Below are positions 18,942 to 28,747 of a stretch of DNA of 64,000 bases, one piece after another. The notes beneath the pieces are model-generated. The model searched no databases, was not told where the DNA came from, and was given only the letters and a program-made list of their open reading frames with translations. Each line of letters begins with the position of its first letter. Position 1 is the first letter of the stretch. Source of the DNA: a virus. The DNA lies in UHGV virus genome UHGV-1451962. The stretch is one strand, 5' to 3'. Position numbers and translations under genes: made by a program.

Positions 18942-20678
18942 TCAAAAGAAATAATCTTGATGAGATACAATTTCATAATCTTGAATAATTAATTGCGGAT
19001 TAATGTTCCCGCAATATTCATTTATCTCACACTTACAAAGAATATCTATAATTACACAACCTTGTTCAGTATATAAGTTATTATATTCTTCTTCTCCTGA
19101 TTTAAACTTAATTGCTTTTATATTATCTTTTAAATCAATTTTTAATGTAGGATTTCTATCTTTTGCCATAAGGTGAAGATTATTTGCAGTTACTCGAATT
19201 CCTTTTATAACTATCAAAGCTTCTTCTACGTCTTTTCCCCAAAGATGTTTTAAATTACCAATATCTAAAATGTTTTTAGCCAAAATATCAGAATATTGCC
19301 ATATAAAATCTACTCTATAATCAGGAGTAAATTCCACATTTTTTAATTCTTGATTGCAATAATCTATAAATTTCGATAAATTTTCATCTGAAATAGATAA
19401 ACCATGAGCATTAGCATGTCCTTGCGCCCAATTAATTAAATTAGATTTTTGTTCAAAGGTTTGTAAATCTTTTAATTGAGATTTTTCATACCCTCTTGCT
19501 GAACCTTCCCAAATTATTTTATTGTCTATATTATATTCATTTAAAATAATAACAGGACGCTGGTACTCTGAAACCAGTCGATTTGCAATTAATCCAGAAA
19601 TAGATCTATTAATTGGCTCTTCTGGAGTTGATTGAATTATTAAAATTTTATTTTTTAATAAATCTTTTTCTTCAATTTGATTACTAATAATCTCAATGTT
19701 TTCATCTCTAATTTTATTTTGATGATTTTTAATATTATTACTCATTCTAACCGCTTGAGTAACAATTGCTTCCATTTGTCCTTTGCATCCTCGTTTAGTA
19801 GAAGGAATTTGATTTAAAGCTTTCCAATTAAGCATTGCTTCAAATAATATTTTCTTTTCTTCTTTTGTCCCCAATCTAGCAACTGCATTAATATAAGGTA
19901 CAATATAAAAAGCAACTCCTATGGATGTAATATTGGTACCTAATTGATAACTATTTTTTTCTACCATTTCTCGCATAAAAGGATTTTGAATATTTTCTAA
20001 TCCTTTTCTAGTTAAATAAGATGTTTCTAAATCTCTTAAACTCATAACGTCTCCTGTTAAACCAAGAGACACTAAATCAAGAAAATTATCTGCGTAATCG
20101 AAGTTAAGTAAATTATCAATATACTTACAAAATTTATATACCATACCTGCACCGGATAATGATTTAGTTGGATAATCACAGAGTTGATTGTTTATCACAC
20201 AGGCGAAAGGACTAACTTTATCTGCTTTATGATGGTCAATTACTAAAACATCAATTCCTTTATTGGATAATTGTTCATGTATATCATACTCATTACTACT
20301 AGAGTCTAAAGCTATAACCAATTTAGTTTCTTGCGGAATTTGGTCTAACCAAATACCATGAGCTTTATGCGGGTGAAAATCATAAATAATATTTGCTTCT
20401 ACTATTGATGGAACAATTTTATATAAATAATTTAAAAAAATAGCAGCAGAAGTAAATCCATCATCATCATCATCTACAATTAAATAAATTAAATCTTTTC
20501 CTAAGTGACGAAAAAGCATTTCTACTCCTTGCTGCATATTATTTATTAAATTTGGATTATAAATAACAGAATCATTTGGATTCAAATAAGTTTGTATATC
20601 TTGAATCCCTCTGTTATTTAAAATTTGTTCCACTATTGATTTATTTGAATCAATAGGATTAATTAATTTATAGTTCAT
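18942..20678 (-). CDS. DHH-family phosphoesterase, RecJ-like ssDNA exonuclease
   Basis: DHH motifs LIVDDDDDGFTSAAI and VLVIDHHKAD; 578 aa. Confidence 0.65.
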   Translation of the reverse strand: MNYKLINPIDSNKSIVEQILNNRGIQDIQTYLNPNDSVIYNPNLINNMQQGVEMLFRHLGKDLIYLIVDDDDDGFTSAAIFLNYLYKIVPSIVEANIIYDFHPHKAHGIWLDQIPQETKLVIALDSSSNEYDIHEQLSNKGIDVLVIDHHKADKVSPFACVINNQLCDYPTKSLSGAGMVYKFCKYIDNLLNFDYADNFLDLVSLGLTGDVMSLRDLETSYLTRKGLENIQNPFMREMVEKNSYQLGTNITSIGVAFYIVPYINAVARLGTKEEKKILFEAMLNWKALNQIPSTKRGCKGQMEAIVTQAVRMSNNIKNHQNKIRDENIEIISNQIEEKDLLKNKILIIQSTPEEPINRSISGLIANRLVSEYQRPVIILNEYNIDNKIIWEGSARGYEKSQLKDLQTFEQKSNLINWAQGHANAHGLSISDENLSKFIDYCNQELKNVEFTPDYRVDFIWQYSDILAKNILDIGNLKHLWGKDVEEALIVIKGIRVTANNLHLMAKDRNPTLKIDLKDNIKAIKFKSGEEEYNNLYTEQGCVIIDILCKCEINEYCGNINPQLIIQDYEIVSHQDYFF

Positions 20679-20715
20679 AGTGTTAATCTCCTTTCATGCG
20701 GAGATCACCACTACT

Positions 20716-21813
20716 TTATTTTGGAATAATTCTTTCAGATAATAATTTTTCAAATATGTCCCTCCCCATATCACTTGGACTAGATTTATAAGGAGTAATC
20801 ATATTTTTATCAAAAATTGCTGTTATCTGAATTAAATTTCCATATTTTCTATTTAAATTAATTAATTTATTCTTTAATCTTTGAAATTCATTATCACCTA
20901 TTTCTTTAAACTGCCTATCAAAAGCAATGATAATTTCCTTTACCCCTAATTTTTCTAATAAATATATTTGGTAGCTTGAAATATTACTACCACAACACGC
21001 TACTGAAATATTATTTTCAAAGCCATAAAAAGTTTGTAATTGAAGAGTGCTTTTTTCAGATTCAAAAATAATTGCGGTCTTACTAGCTTTAATATTTTCT
21101 TTACTATTGTTTAAATTATATAAATTCATACTTAAAGGATGACTATATATAATATTATTAATTTGCAGAGGTCTGTATTTGCCAAATCTCTCTGCATTTT
21201 CTTGAATTAAAGCTCTACCTCTAATTCCAATTAATCTATTGTTTATATCGAAATGCGGAATTGTTATTTGTTCTCCTGCTGGAAAATAACCAATTAAATT
21301 TTTTAAATTAATTTGATGTGAAATTCCTTCTTGCTCCCAATCAAAAATTCTTGGATAAGAAAAATTCTCTAAAATTTTTGGATTATATTCTTTTAAAATT
21401 GGATTTTGTTTTAAAGAAGGTAATGAAAAATCATGTCTCTTAAAAACTACCCATTGTTCAGAATTGTTATTTTGGTTTGGGCGTTCCGCTTCTCCCAAAC
21501 CAAAATAACTAGCAATATAAACCATTGCATCATATAATTCCCATTCATAACCTTTTTGAATTTTCATAGCTTTAATTACTAATTCAAAAACATCAAAAGT
21601 AGAATCACAATCTGTGAAACATTTAAACAAATGAGAATTTTGATAATAGTATAATTTTCTGGAACCTTCACCTGGATAATTATGACAAATAGTCTGCGAA
21701 ATAAGTCCAGTCTCTACATATTCTGGTTCTCCTCCTAGTTCTGCGACTAAATCATAAATATTTTCTAAATCTAGCTGTTCTTTTAGAGAATCTTTATTGT
21801 AATAACCGGCCAT
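20716..21813 (-). CDS. DNA primase (zinc-finger plus TOPRIM-like)
   Basis: CHC2-type pattern CHNYPGEG...FKCFTDC; acidic TOPRIM-like segments (IFESEKS, IAFDRQ); sits in replication module. Confidence 0.55.
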   Translation of the reverse strand: MAGYYNKDSLKEQLDLENIYDLVAELGGEPEYVETGLISQTICHNYPGEGSRKLYYYQNSHLFKCFTDCDSTFDVFELVIKAMKIQKGYEWELYDAMVYIASYFGLGEAERPNQNNNSEQWVVFKRHDFSLPSLKQNPILKEYNPKILENFSYPRIFDWEQEGISHQINLKNLIGYFPAGEQITIPHFDINNRLIGIRGRALIQENAERFGKYRPLQINNIIYSHPLSMNLYNLNNSKENIKASKTAIIFESEKSTLQLQTFYGFENNISVACCGSNISSYQIYLLEKLGVKEIIIAFDRQFKEIGDNEFQRLKNKLINLNRKYGNLIQITAIFDKNMITPYKSSPSDMGRDIFEKLLSERIIPK

Positions 21814-21815
21814 AA

Positions 21816-22022
21816 TTAATATGTAATTACATTAACAACTTTACCTCTCAGACCAAATTCATTATTAACAATTTTAGTAACATATTCATAAGGATTCATT
21901 CGCTTCTCTTCCTTATTGCGAGTCTTCAATAAACCCTCAAACATAGAGATAGGCATCTTATAATCAATTTTCTTTTCATTCTTCACCGCGGGCATATGAG
22001 AGTTAGCATAATAAATAGTCAT
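21816..22022 (-). CDS. hypothetical protein
   Basis: 68-aa ORF between primase and helicase genes. Confidence 0.4.
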   Translation of the reverse strand: MTIYYANSHMPAVKNEKKIDYKMPISMFEGLLKTRNKEEKRMNPYEYVTKIVNNEFGLRGKVVNVITY

Positions 22023-22036
22023 TAATATTCTCCTTT

Positions 22037-23566
22037 TTAAAATGCGGAAGGTTCATCTTCCATAATAATTTTTATATCTTCAATAGGAACTAAATCGTAG
22101 TTCCATTTTGTAACAAATTGTGGTTGAATTCTACAAATACCTAAATCAGAAGCACACCATAAATAAACCCCTTTATAAGAACCTCTTCTGTTTTTATAAA
22201 CTGAAATCTTTTTATCAGGAATTTGAAAATTATTTGTAGACAAAATTGGCTTTAATGTTTCTAAATCCTCTTCTGTTACATCCAAAATAATTTCACCTAT
22301 ATCCACCTTATCTGCTAAGCTTTTTGCACCTCTTAGCAAACTTTGGTCAGGAGTATCAGTATTGCGGAAATCACCTGAAAGCTGTGTTGCAGTAATAAGA
22401 AAAATGCCATACTCATTACAAATATCTTTAAGTCTAACGCTTAACATAAAAAGAATATTGTCTTCTCTTAATCTTACTCCACCACTTCGTCTTGTAACTT
22501 CCTCAAGAATCTTCATTGTACTTTGAATGTAGTCGAAACAAACATAAGCTATATCATGTTCTCTGATATTTCTTTTAACAGTATTCTCTACATCCATTAA
22601 AGAATAATCAGGCAATAATTCTACCCAAATAGGTGATTCAGATAAAATCTTTCCTGCTTCAATAACTCGTTCTTCTTCTCCTGCTTTGTATTCACCTCTA
22701 AGAATATGGTCTTCATTTACCGCAGAAAGAAAAGCCAGCATCATAGTTTGAATTTCTTCTTTATCTTGTTCAGTACCAATAAATAAAGTTGGTAAAGAAG
22801 CTCCATTTTTAATCCACATACCAAAATTAGTATCATAAATTTTATTACAAGCAAAATTACAAGCATCTGCAATTAAAGCTCTAGTTTTACCTGCACCAGT
22901 AGCAGCGGATCTAAGATATAATTTTCTAAGTCTTGCACCTCTAGTAACGGTATTAACCAGTCTCCCATAAAGTGGAGCACCAACTTCAGGATTCTTTTTA
23001 AAATTTTCAATTAATTCTAAAATTCCTTCTCCTGCTTGATATCCTCCAATAACATTATTATCAATATATTTGACTTTAATATCATCAATTCGTTTGTCAA
23101 TAATATCAGCTATTTCAATAAGAGAAGTAGAATCCAGCCAGTCTTCTTGCTTTTGTTTCTTTTTTAAATCTAAAATATTATTAGTATCATATAGAAAAGA
23201 AACATCTACTCCAAATTTATCATAAGCTCTTAATAAAGTAAATTTTTTTAATCGACTATAATAATATTTAAAAGTATCTCTAGTGGCTAATTCTGCGGCT
23301 TTAGTTACATACTCTAAACCACCATTTGCTTTAAACACAGCTTCATATTTGGGTCTAACTGCCAAATAATCAACAATAGTATCTAAAGTAATTGCTGATT
23401 TTGCTTCATGTATATTGTACATAGACCCAAAAATAATTTTGTGAACTTCTTCTGTAAAATCTTCTTCAAAAATAGGAAATTCATCAGGTGCATCTAAAAT
23501 TGAATTATCATTAAAAACACAACCAATAACTTGGGCTACTGCCGTTAAATCTATATATTTACTCAT
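22037..23566 (-). CDS. DnaB-like replicative helicase
   Basis: 509 aa with Walker A SAATGAGKT in RecA-like C-terminal half; adjacent to primase. Confidence 0.55.
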   Translation of the reverse strand: MSKYIDLTAVAQVIGCVFNDNSILDAPDEFPIFEEDFTEEVHKIIFGSMYNIHEAKSAITLDTIVDYLAVRPKYEAVFKANGGLEYVTKAAELATRDTFKYYYSRLKKFTLLRAYDKFGVDVSFLYDTNNILDLKKKQKQEDWLDSTSLIEIADIIDKRIDDIKVKYIDNNVIGGYQAGEGILELIENFKKNPEVGAPLYGRLVNTVTRGARLRKLYLRSAATGAGKTRALIADACNFACNKIYDTNFGMWIKNGASLPTLFIGTEQDKEEIQTMMLAFLSAVNEDHILRGEYKAGEEERVIEAGKILSESPIWVELLPDYSLMDVENTVKRNIREHDIAYVCFDYIQSTMKILEEVTRRSGGVRLREDNILFMLSVRLKDICNEYGIFLITATQLSGDFRNTDTPDQSLLRGAKSLADKVDIGEIILDVTEEDLETLKPILSTNNFQIPDKKISVYKNRRGSYKGVYLWCASDLGICRIQPQFVTKWNYDLVPIEDIKIIMEDEPSAF

Positions 23567-24140
23567 TCATATCTTCCTCCAAAAAAGTAAAAAATCTTTT
23601 CCTTTTTCTCATTGGCTCTCTTGTTTTAGGGGGAGTGATATGAATTTCTTCTGTAGGCAGAATAAAATTTTCTATTTCTTTATTTTCATTTCTTTGCTGA
23701 TTTTCCCAAATTGTATAATAATAATTTCTAGCATTTTCATACTGATAAGGGACAATTCCAATTCTGCCTTGAGCCTTTCCTAAATCTCCACCTTTTACTT
23801 CAAAATGATATTTTAAAGTTTTTAAAATACCAGAATAAGTATAATGATTTTCATTTACATAGTCTTTAATTTGTTTATAAACTACTTTAGGAATTATATC
23901 ATAATTAAAAAGTTGTTTAATATATTCTTCTAAAGCAATCCGGTTTTTTTCTTCTTCTGCAATATTTTGACTATATCTTTCATAACATAACTTATGTGCA
24001 TATCTTCTTTTATTAGGAATTGGTATACATTCTTCTTTGTCTCGGTCAAATGTACTTCCGCACACAAAACATTTTACTTTATGTGCAATTTTTATCACTT
24101 CCTTTTTTAATATTATAACATATATTTGAACAAAAGTCAA
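23559..24140 (-). CDS. zinc-finger protein, unknown function (true start uncertain, probably near 24089)
   Basis: CFVCGSTFDRDKEEC...HKLCYERY Cys/His cluster; annotated 5' end overlaps terminator hairpin 24136-24158 and a TATAAT/SD sequence, so the N-terminal ~17 codons are probably not translated. Confidence 0.4.
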   Translation of the reverse strand: MTFVQIYVIILKKEVIKIAHKVKCFVCGSTFDRDKEECIPIPNKRRYAHKLCYERYSQNIAEEEKNRIALEEYIKQLFNYDIIPKVVYKQIKDYVNENHYTYSGILKTLKYHFEVKGGDLGKAQGRIGIVPYQYENARNYYYTIWENQQRNENKEIENFILPTEEIHITPPKTREPMRKRKRFFTFLEEDMNE

Positions 24141-24158
24141 GAGGATTATCCTCTTGAC
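24136..24158 (-). terminator. rho-independent terminator
   Basis: GTCAAGAGGAT-TAT-CCTCTTGAC stem with T-run on minus strand, downstream of gene 24179-25150. Confidence 0.5.
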
Positions 24159-24178
24159 TTTTGTTATTATTGCTATAA

Positions 24179-25150
24179 TTAATTCATTAAATCTTTCAAA
24201 TCATGTACAATCAAATCCAACTGTTCAGACTGATCAGGAGTACATTCACCGACTTTCTTACCCTTACCCAAATACTTATCAGTAATTGCGGTAATCTTAA
24301 CTGCATTTGTTTGATTGCTAGACATCAACTGTCCAACCAAATCCTGAAACTCATTCATCAAACCATCAAAATCATATTCAGTATCCTTAGAAACAACCTG
24401 TGTAGGTTTATCTGTAATATATTGACCATTTGTTTGCTGAGACTGCTTATCAATAGCTTCAGCAATAGCATTTACTAGATTATCATAACTGAAATTAATA
24501 TAATCAGGAATATAAGCAAATCGACTACCTGCAACAAATCTAGGAGTACCTCTCATATACAAACGAGTTTTAACTCCATCTTCTGTATTCACAGCAGTAG
24601 AATAACCAATAATATCACAAGTTCTTTCACAAATCAAGCGGCCTCTCTTATCAAGAGTAGGAACAATCTGATTAAATTCTGCTCCCGATTCATCCTTAAA
24701 GACTTTATCTGTGGCATGAGAAATAAGGACAAGACCATAATTTAGCTGTAAAATCTTTCTAATAGACTCATCAAATTCATTGCCAACCATTGCATATCCC
24801 TTGCCGTATGCAAGATCAGCAATTGTATCTACACCTTCACGACTACAGATATAACGCTCACAATAACTATAAGCAATATCCGCTGTATCAATTACAATAG
24901 TTGAAAACTTTTCCTGCACTTCAGAATTTTTTAATTCCTGCAAAGTTTTCTTAAACTCACCCCAAGAATTAATGGGCTGGGCGTAAACACCAGGCAATGC
25001 ATTATAACCTTTCTCGAAAGCTAACAAAAGTGAACCTGGGAATCTAGAAGCGACAGTCGTTTTACCACTCTTAGGTGCTCCGTAGAAAAGAACTGAATAT
25101 CCCCGCAGATCTCTCGAAACTTCATGCGGCTTAATATCAAGCAAACCCAT
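24179..25150 (-). CDS. AAA_24-type (Sak4-like) RecA-fold ATPase
   Basis: Walker A YGAPKSGKTT near N-terminus, 323 aa, in recombination/replication context. Confidence 0.6.
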   Translation of the reverse strand: MGLLDIKPHEVSRDLRGYSVLFYGAPKSGKTTVASRFPGSLLLAFEKGYNALPGVYAQPINSWGEFKKTLQELKNSEVQEKFSTIVIDTADIAYSYCERYICSREGVDTIADLAYGKGYAMVGNEFDESIRKILQLNYGLVLISHATDKVFKDESGAEFNQIVPTLDKRGRLICERTCDIIGYSTAVNTEDGVKTRLYMRGTPRFVAGSRFAYIPDYINFSYDNLVNAIAEAIDKQSQQTNGQYITDKPTQVVSKDTEYDFDGLMNEFQDLVGQLMSSNQTNAVKITAITDKYLGKGKKVGECTPDQSEQLDLIVHDLKDLMN

Positions 25151-25194
25151 AAAACAATCTCCTTTTTAAATAAAATAATTTTAAAGAAAAATAT

Positions 25195-25218
25195 GAATGA
25201 GCTTTTTAAAGCTCATTC
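25195..25218 (-). terminator. rho-independent terminator
   Basis: GAATGAGC-TTTTTAAA-GCTCATTC stem in AT-rich intergenic region. Confidence 0.5.
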
Positions 25219-25232
25219 ATATAAAATTTTAA

Positions 25233-26189
25233 TTAAAAATCATAATCATTCTTACTAGAATTAACTGTAACTCCAGTTCCGCCACTAATAGCATTATTAT
25301 TTGCTTTATTCTGATAATCAAGCTGATTCTTCTTAATAGTTGCAAGAGCAATCTCTCGTGCTGCAACATAATCCTGAAGCTCAGAAGCAAGAATAGTATC
25401 TTCACTATCCCATTCATAAGGAGTTTGCTGCGCCCAATTAACTACATAATCCTTATAAGACTGAGGGGTTTCTCTTACAATTGCTTCGCCAAAAGCAGAC
25501 TCTTCCTCAATCTTCTTTACCACAGTCTGAGAAATAATCTTACCCTGAATACGAGTAAAAACTGGATTCTTAGGACTTGCTTCCAGTCCCTCAAAATAAT
25601 CCATCGCCGCAGGATTTACAGCAGTAAATTCAACAGGAAGCAATGCCTTACGGAAATCAAAAACTGCGCCCTTAATAACAACACGCTCAGGCTTACCTCT
25701 CTCATCATCTGCCTCATAATGCACACAATTATTAATCACAATATCTTCATTGAAGGTTGCACTCTTAGATTCATCAATTCCCTCTTCGGGACAAACCTCA
25801 AGATGAATAAAACCACCTTCAAGACGTCGATTACTTACCAGCTTTTCCATATCATTCTTATCATAAAATTCATTCAAAGCAATAGCAGTATCAATTCTTA
25901 CATACGCTGCATTGTCCTTGCCATTATCCATGACATTACCCAGATCATTATTCAAAATTCGCTCAAGAATATTATAAGTATCATTAGTACCACGAGCAGT
26001 AACCGCAGTCACATATCTAAAATGAACAGTAACAACATTCAAACACTTATTATCTGTTGCAATATTAACGTCACCGCGAATATACTCAGTACCAGGATTC
26101 TTAGAAGCACTGCCAGAAACCTTCTTTTCAAGCTTGTGACTATGAACAAAACCATTCAAATGTACTGCATTAATAAACTTCTTACTCAT
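25233..26189 (-). CDS. hypothetical protein (possible ssDNA-binding/annealing partner of the AAA_24 ATPase)
   Basis: 318-aa ORF directly upstream of AAA_24 gene; function inferred from synteny only. Confidence 0.4.
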   Translation of the reverse strand: MSKKFINAVHLNGFVHSHKLEKKVSGSASKNPGTEYIRGDVNIATDNKCLNVVTVHFRYVTAVTARGTNDTYNILERILNNDLGNVMDNGKDNAAYVRIDTAIALNEFYDKNDMEKLVSNRRLEGGFIHLEVCPEEGIDESKSATFNEDIVINNCVHYEADDERGKPERVVIKGAVFDFRKALLPVEFTAVNPAAMDYFEGLEASPKNPVFTRIQGKIISQTVVKKIEEESAFGEAIVRETPQSYKDYVVNWAQQTPYEWDSEDTILASELQDYVAAREIALATIKKNQLDYQNKANNNAISGGTGVTVNSSKNDYDF

Positions 26190-26281
26190 TATTTTCTCCT
26201 TTTGATTTAATTATTTTTTATTGCCACTTCTGAAAAGAGGCTTTTCTTTTTATTTTCTATAAATATTGTATAATATTTTTT

Positions 26282-26941
26282 TTAATTTTTCAATTTACCG
26301 CAAGAATGCTTCTCGGTACATTTGCCGAAATATTGACATTTAGGAATAAATAAGTGATCTACCAAATATTTCCATTCTTCTGAGTAAATAGCAAGTGCTT
26401 TTTTTATATCCTGCATAACATTTTGATATTCCCAATAAGCACGTTTACACATTCTTTGATGGGACATATCAACTAAATTCCGCAAATTAGTTCTTACTAC
26501 TACTTTTGTTTCCATACCAAGAGGAAGTAAAAGACTAGCATCTTCAATTGGCATCCCCATATCAACTAATACTTTATAATTCTGAGCAATCGACTGCATA
26601 CTTTCTTCATATTTTTGTTTCATTTCTTTAGAAGTAAAAGAAGGAGAAACAAAAGAAAAAGAATCATAGTTGATATAGCGAGTTGATGCCTGTAGTCGTG
26701 TGGGGCCACCTGAAATATGAGTATAAAATTCTCTTAAAGTTTTTGCGCTATATCCTTCAAGGATCATATAAACTTGTGGAAATTCCATAACTCTTCCATG
26801 CCCAGATTCAATACATTCTTTAGCTCTTTTGATATTATTATATTTATTTGTGATTTTTGCGTTCCAACATACTCCAGCTTCAACGCCGATAAGATGAAGA
26901 GGATTCTTAGTAGTTGCAGATTGGATAATAACTTTGCCCAA
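26282..26941 (-). CDS. thyX: flavin-dependent thymidylate synthase
   Basis: 219 aa with ThyX-like SxRY segment (RLQASTRYINY) and HGRVMEF region; canonical RHR is not exact. Confidence 0.6.
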   Translation of the reverse strand: MGKVIIQSATTKNPLHLIGVEAGVCWNAKITNKYNNIKRAKECIESGHGRVMEFPQVYMILEGYSAKTLREFYTHISGGPTRLQASTRYINYDSFSFVSPSFTSKEMKQKYEESMQSIAQNYKVLVDMGMPIEDASLLLPLGMETKVVVRTNLRNLVDMSHQRMCKRAYWEYQNVMQDIKKALAIYSEEWKYLVDHLFIPKCQYFGKCTEKHSCGKLKN

Positions 26942-26969
26942 TTTTATTACACCTCTTTAAGAGAAATAA

Positions 26970-26995
26970 AAGGAGGACAAAAGCCCTCCTTTTAC
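26970..26995 (-). terminator. rho-independent terminator
   Basis: AAGGAGG...CCTCCTT stem downstream of gene 27004-27270. Confidence 0.5.
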
Positions 26996-27003
26996 ATTAA
27001 TTA

Positions 27004-27270
27004 TCAATCATCAATATCGTCAGGGGTAAAGTTCATACCTTCCTCGGTCAACTGAAGCAGTTTAATAGCCTTATGAGTACCATCAGGTAGCTCAACCTCA
27101 GCGGGAACACGAATGCCATAACCCTTACGCTGAATAGCGGAAGTAAAAATACCATCGACCTGACGCTTCTCCAAACCTAGTGCGCCAGCCACATCAGCAC
27201 TTGTCATATCAGTACCAGCGTTATTCTTCAAATACTCAAAAACCTTCTTAGAATTGTCGGACATTGCCAT
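27004..27270 (-). CDS. hypothetical protein
   Basis: 88-aa ORF, acidic C-terminus. Confidence 0.45.
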   Translation of the reverse strand: MAMSDNSKKVFEYLKNNAGTDMTSADVAGALGLEKRQVDGIFTSAIQRKGYGIRVPAEVELPDGTHKAIKLLQLTEEGMNFTPDDIDD

Positions 27271-27384
27271 AATTAATTATCTCCTTTTATTTAAATATTT
27301 TTTTTAATTTATATAATAATCTATGAGTATTATTTCTTTCATAGTTATTAACTTAATTTATGTATATATTATATCAAAAAAATT

Positions 27385-27594
27385 TTAATTTTTCAAATTC
27401 TTTTGAATAATTTCATCAATTTCTGCCATAACTTCAAAGCCTTGACCATGCGGCAACCGCATAATCATTTCTGTTAATTGCATAATACGCTTTTCAGCCT
27501 TAGCAATTTGATCTTGACTACTGTCTCCATCATTATGGATTTTTTCTAATGCAGTCATTTCAGATGCAATTTTTTTAATTTGTTTTTTTGTCAT
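27385..27594 (-). CDS. hypothetical protein
   Basis: 69-aa ORF, helical/coiled-coil-like composition. Confidence 0.4.
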   Translation of the reverse strand: MTKKQIKKIASEMTALEKIHNDGDSSQDQIAKAEKRIMQLTEMIMRLPHGQGFEVMAEIDEIIQKNLKN

Positions 27595-27649
27595 TATTTT
27601 TTCCTTAACCTTTATTGTATTTATATTATATTATATTTTTTTAAAAAAA

Positions 27650-28747
27650 TCAAGAAAAAATTTCTTCTATTAAACAATCTTTTGCTGGTTTATCTTCTCT
27701 GATTTTAATAAAATGAGGATGCCGCAGAGTGTGTTCATTTTTATCAATTTGCATACAATCAATACTGACAACATGATTTAAAAATTCTTCTGGATTTTTA
27801 AGAATTAGATTTTTATCTTCATCTGTTAAGCCAGAAGAAACTGTTCCAATTTTAACTAATTTTCCTGTATTGTCATAGGCTCCTACCTCTAGTGCAGTTT
27901 TCCAACCAAAAAAATAAGGTTTAGTAATAGGAGTATAGTTGTCTTTATCTTTAATCCAGTTTATATAATAACGTCCTTCTTGCAAACCATCAGGAGTTTC
28001 CCAATACTCCCATGTCTCTAAATCTTTTCCTGTATATTTTTTGGTAGCAGGACAAAAACCAATACAGACTAAATCCACACTATCTGTACGTTTAATTTTA
28101 ATAGTAGACCAAGCAGGACGTTTATCAGGATAATACGGCAAATTTTTCTTTTTTAAAACAAGTCCTTCTCCGCCCACTTTTAAAATAATATCAAGACGTT
28201 CTTGAATTTTTGTATCAAAAGCAAAAGCCAATTTAAGAAAATTAAACTGACCTAAATAATGTTTATCCCAAATTGCTTTTAAAATTTTATACCTATCCCA
28301 AGCAGGACAATTAACTAAATTACATCCATCATATTGAATAATATCATGGATATAATAATGAATAAGGTTATTCTTTTGTCTTTTGATTGCGGTAGCTGGT
28401 AAACACCCCATAATAGTTGTTACTTCTTTTGAAGTTTTTCCTGGATAAAAAATTTCTCCAATTAAAGTAGTGTTAGGAGGAAGACAACTATCTAAAGCCT
28501 TCATAATATGAGGTACATTTTCACCCTTTTCAGAATAATATCCAGTTGTTTTAGAAATATTTCTACTAAAAAGATAGGAATAATGTTCTGTTTTTTCATA
28601 CTGATACCAATAACCATCAATTTTTTCTTCAGCAAAATACTCTTTAGAATTTAAAATTTCTGGAAGTTTATATGCTTCCATATCAGAAGGAATTTTCCAG
28701 ATTTTCATTGGCGGAATCATTTTAGCTTCTGGATACAATAATATCAC
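27650..28747 (-). CDS. ATP-dependent DNA ligase
   Basis: Ligase motifs KIDG (motif I), IGEIF, EGLVLK, WSTIKIK and C-terminal OB-like RHPHFIKIREDK; exact start ambiguous (TTG/ATG within first 10 codons). Confidence 0.7.
   Translation of the reverse strand: MILLYPEAKMIPPMKIWKIPSDMEAYKLPEILNSKEYFAEEKIDGYWYQYEKTEHYSYLFSRNISKTTGYYSEKGENVPHIMKALDSCLPPNTTLIGEIFYPGKTSKEVTTIMGCLPATAIKRQKNNLIHYYIHDIIQYDGCNLVNCPAWDRYKILKAIWDKHYLGQFNFLKLAFAFDTKIQERLDIILKVGGEGLVLKKKNLPYYPDKRPAWSTIKIKRTDSVDLVCIGFCPATKKYTGKDLETWEYWETPDGLQEGRYYINWIKDKDNYTPITKPYFFGWKTALEVGAYDNTGKLVKIGTVSSGLTDEDKNLILKNPEEFLNHVVSIDCMQIDKNEHTLRHPHFIKIREDKPAKDCLIEEIFS

Noticed and set aside
25425-26210. 261-aa plus-strand ORF
   Set aside because: Entirely antisense to the 318-aa minus-strand gene in a uniformly minus-strand operon; translation is low-complexity (I/L/N/S-rich) with no RBS.
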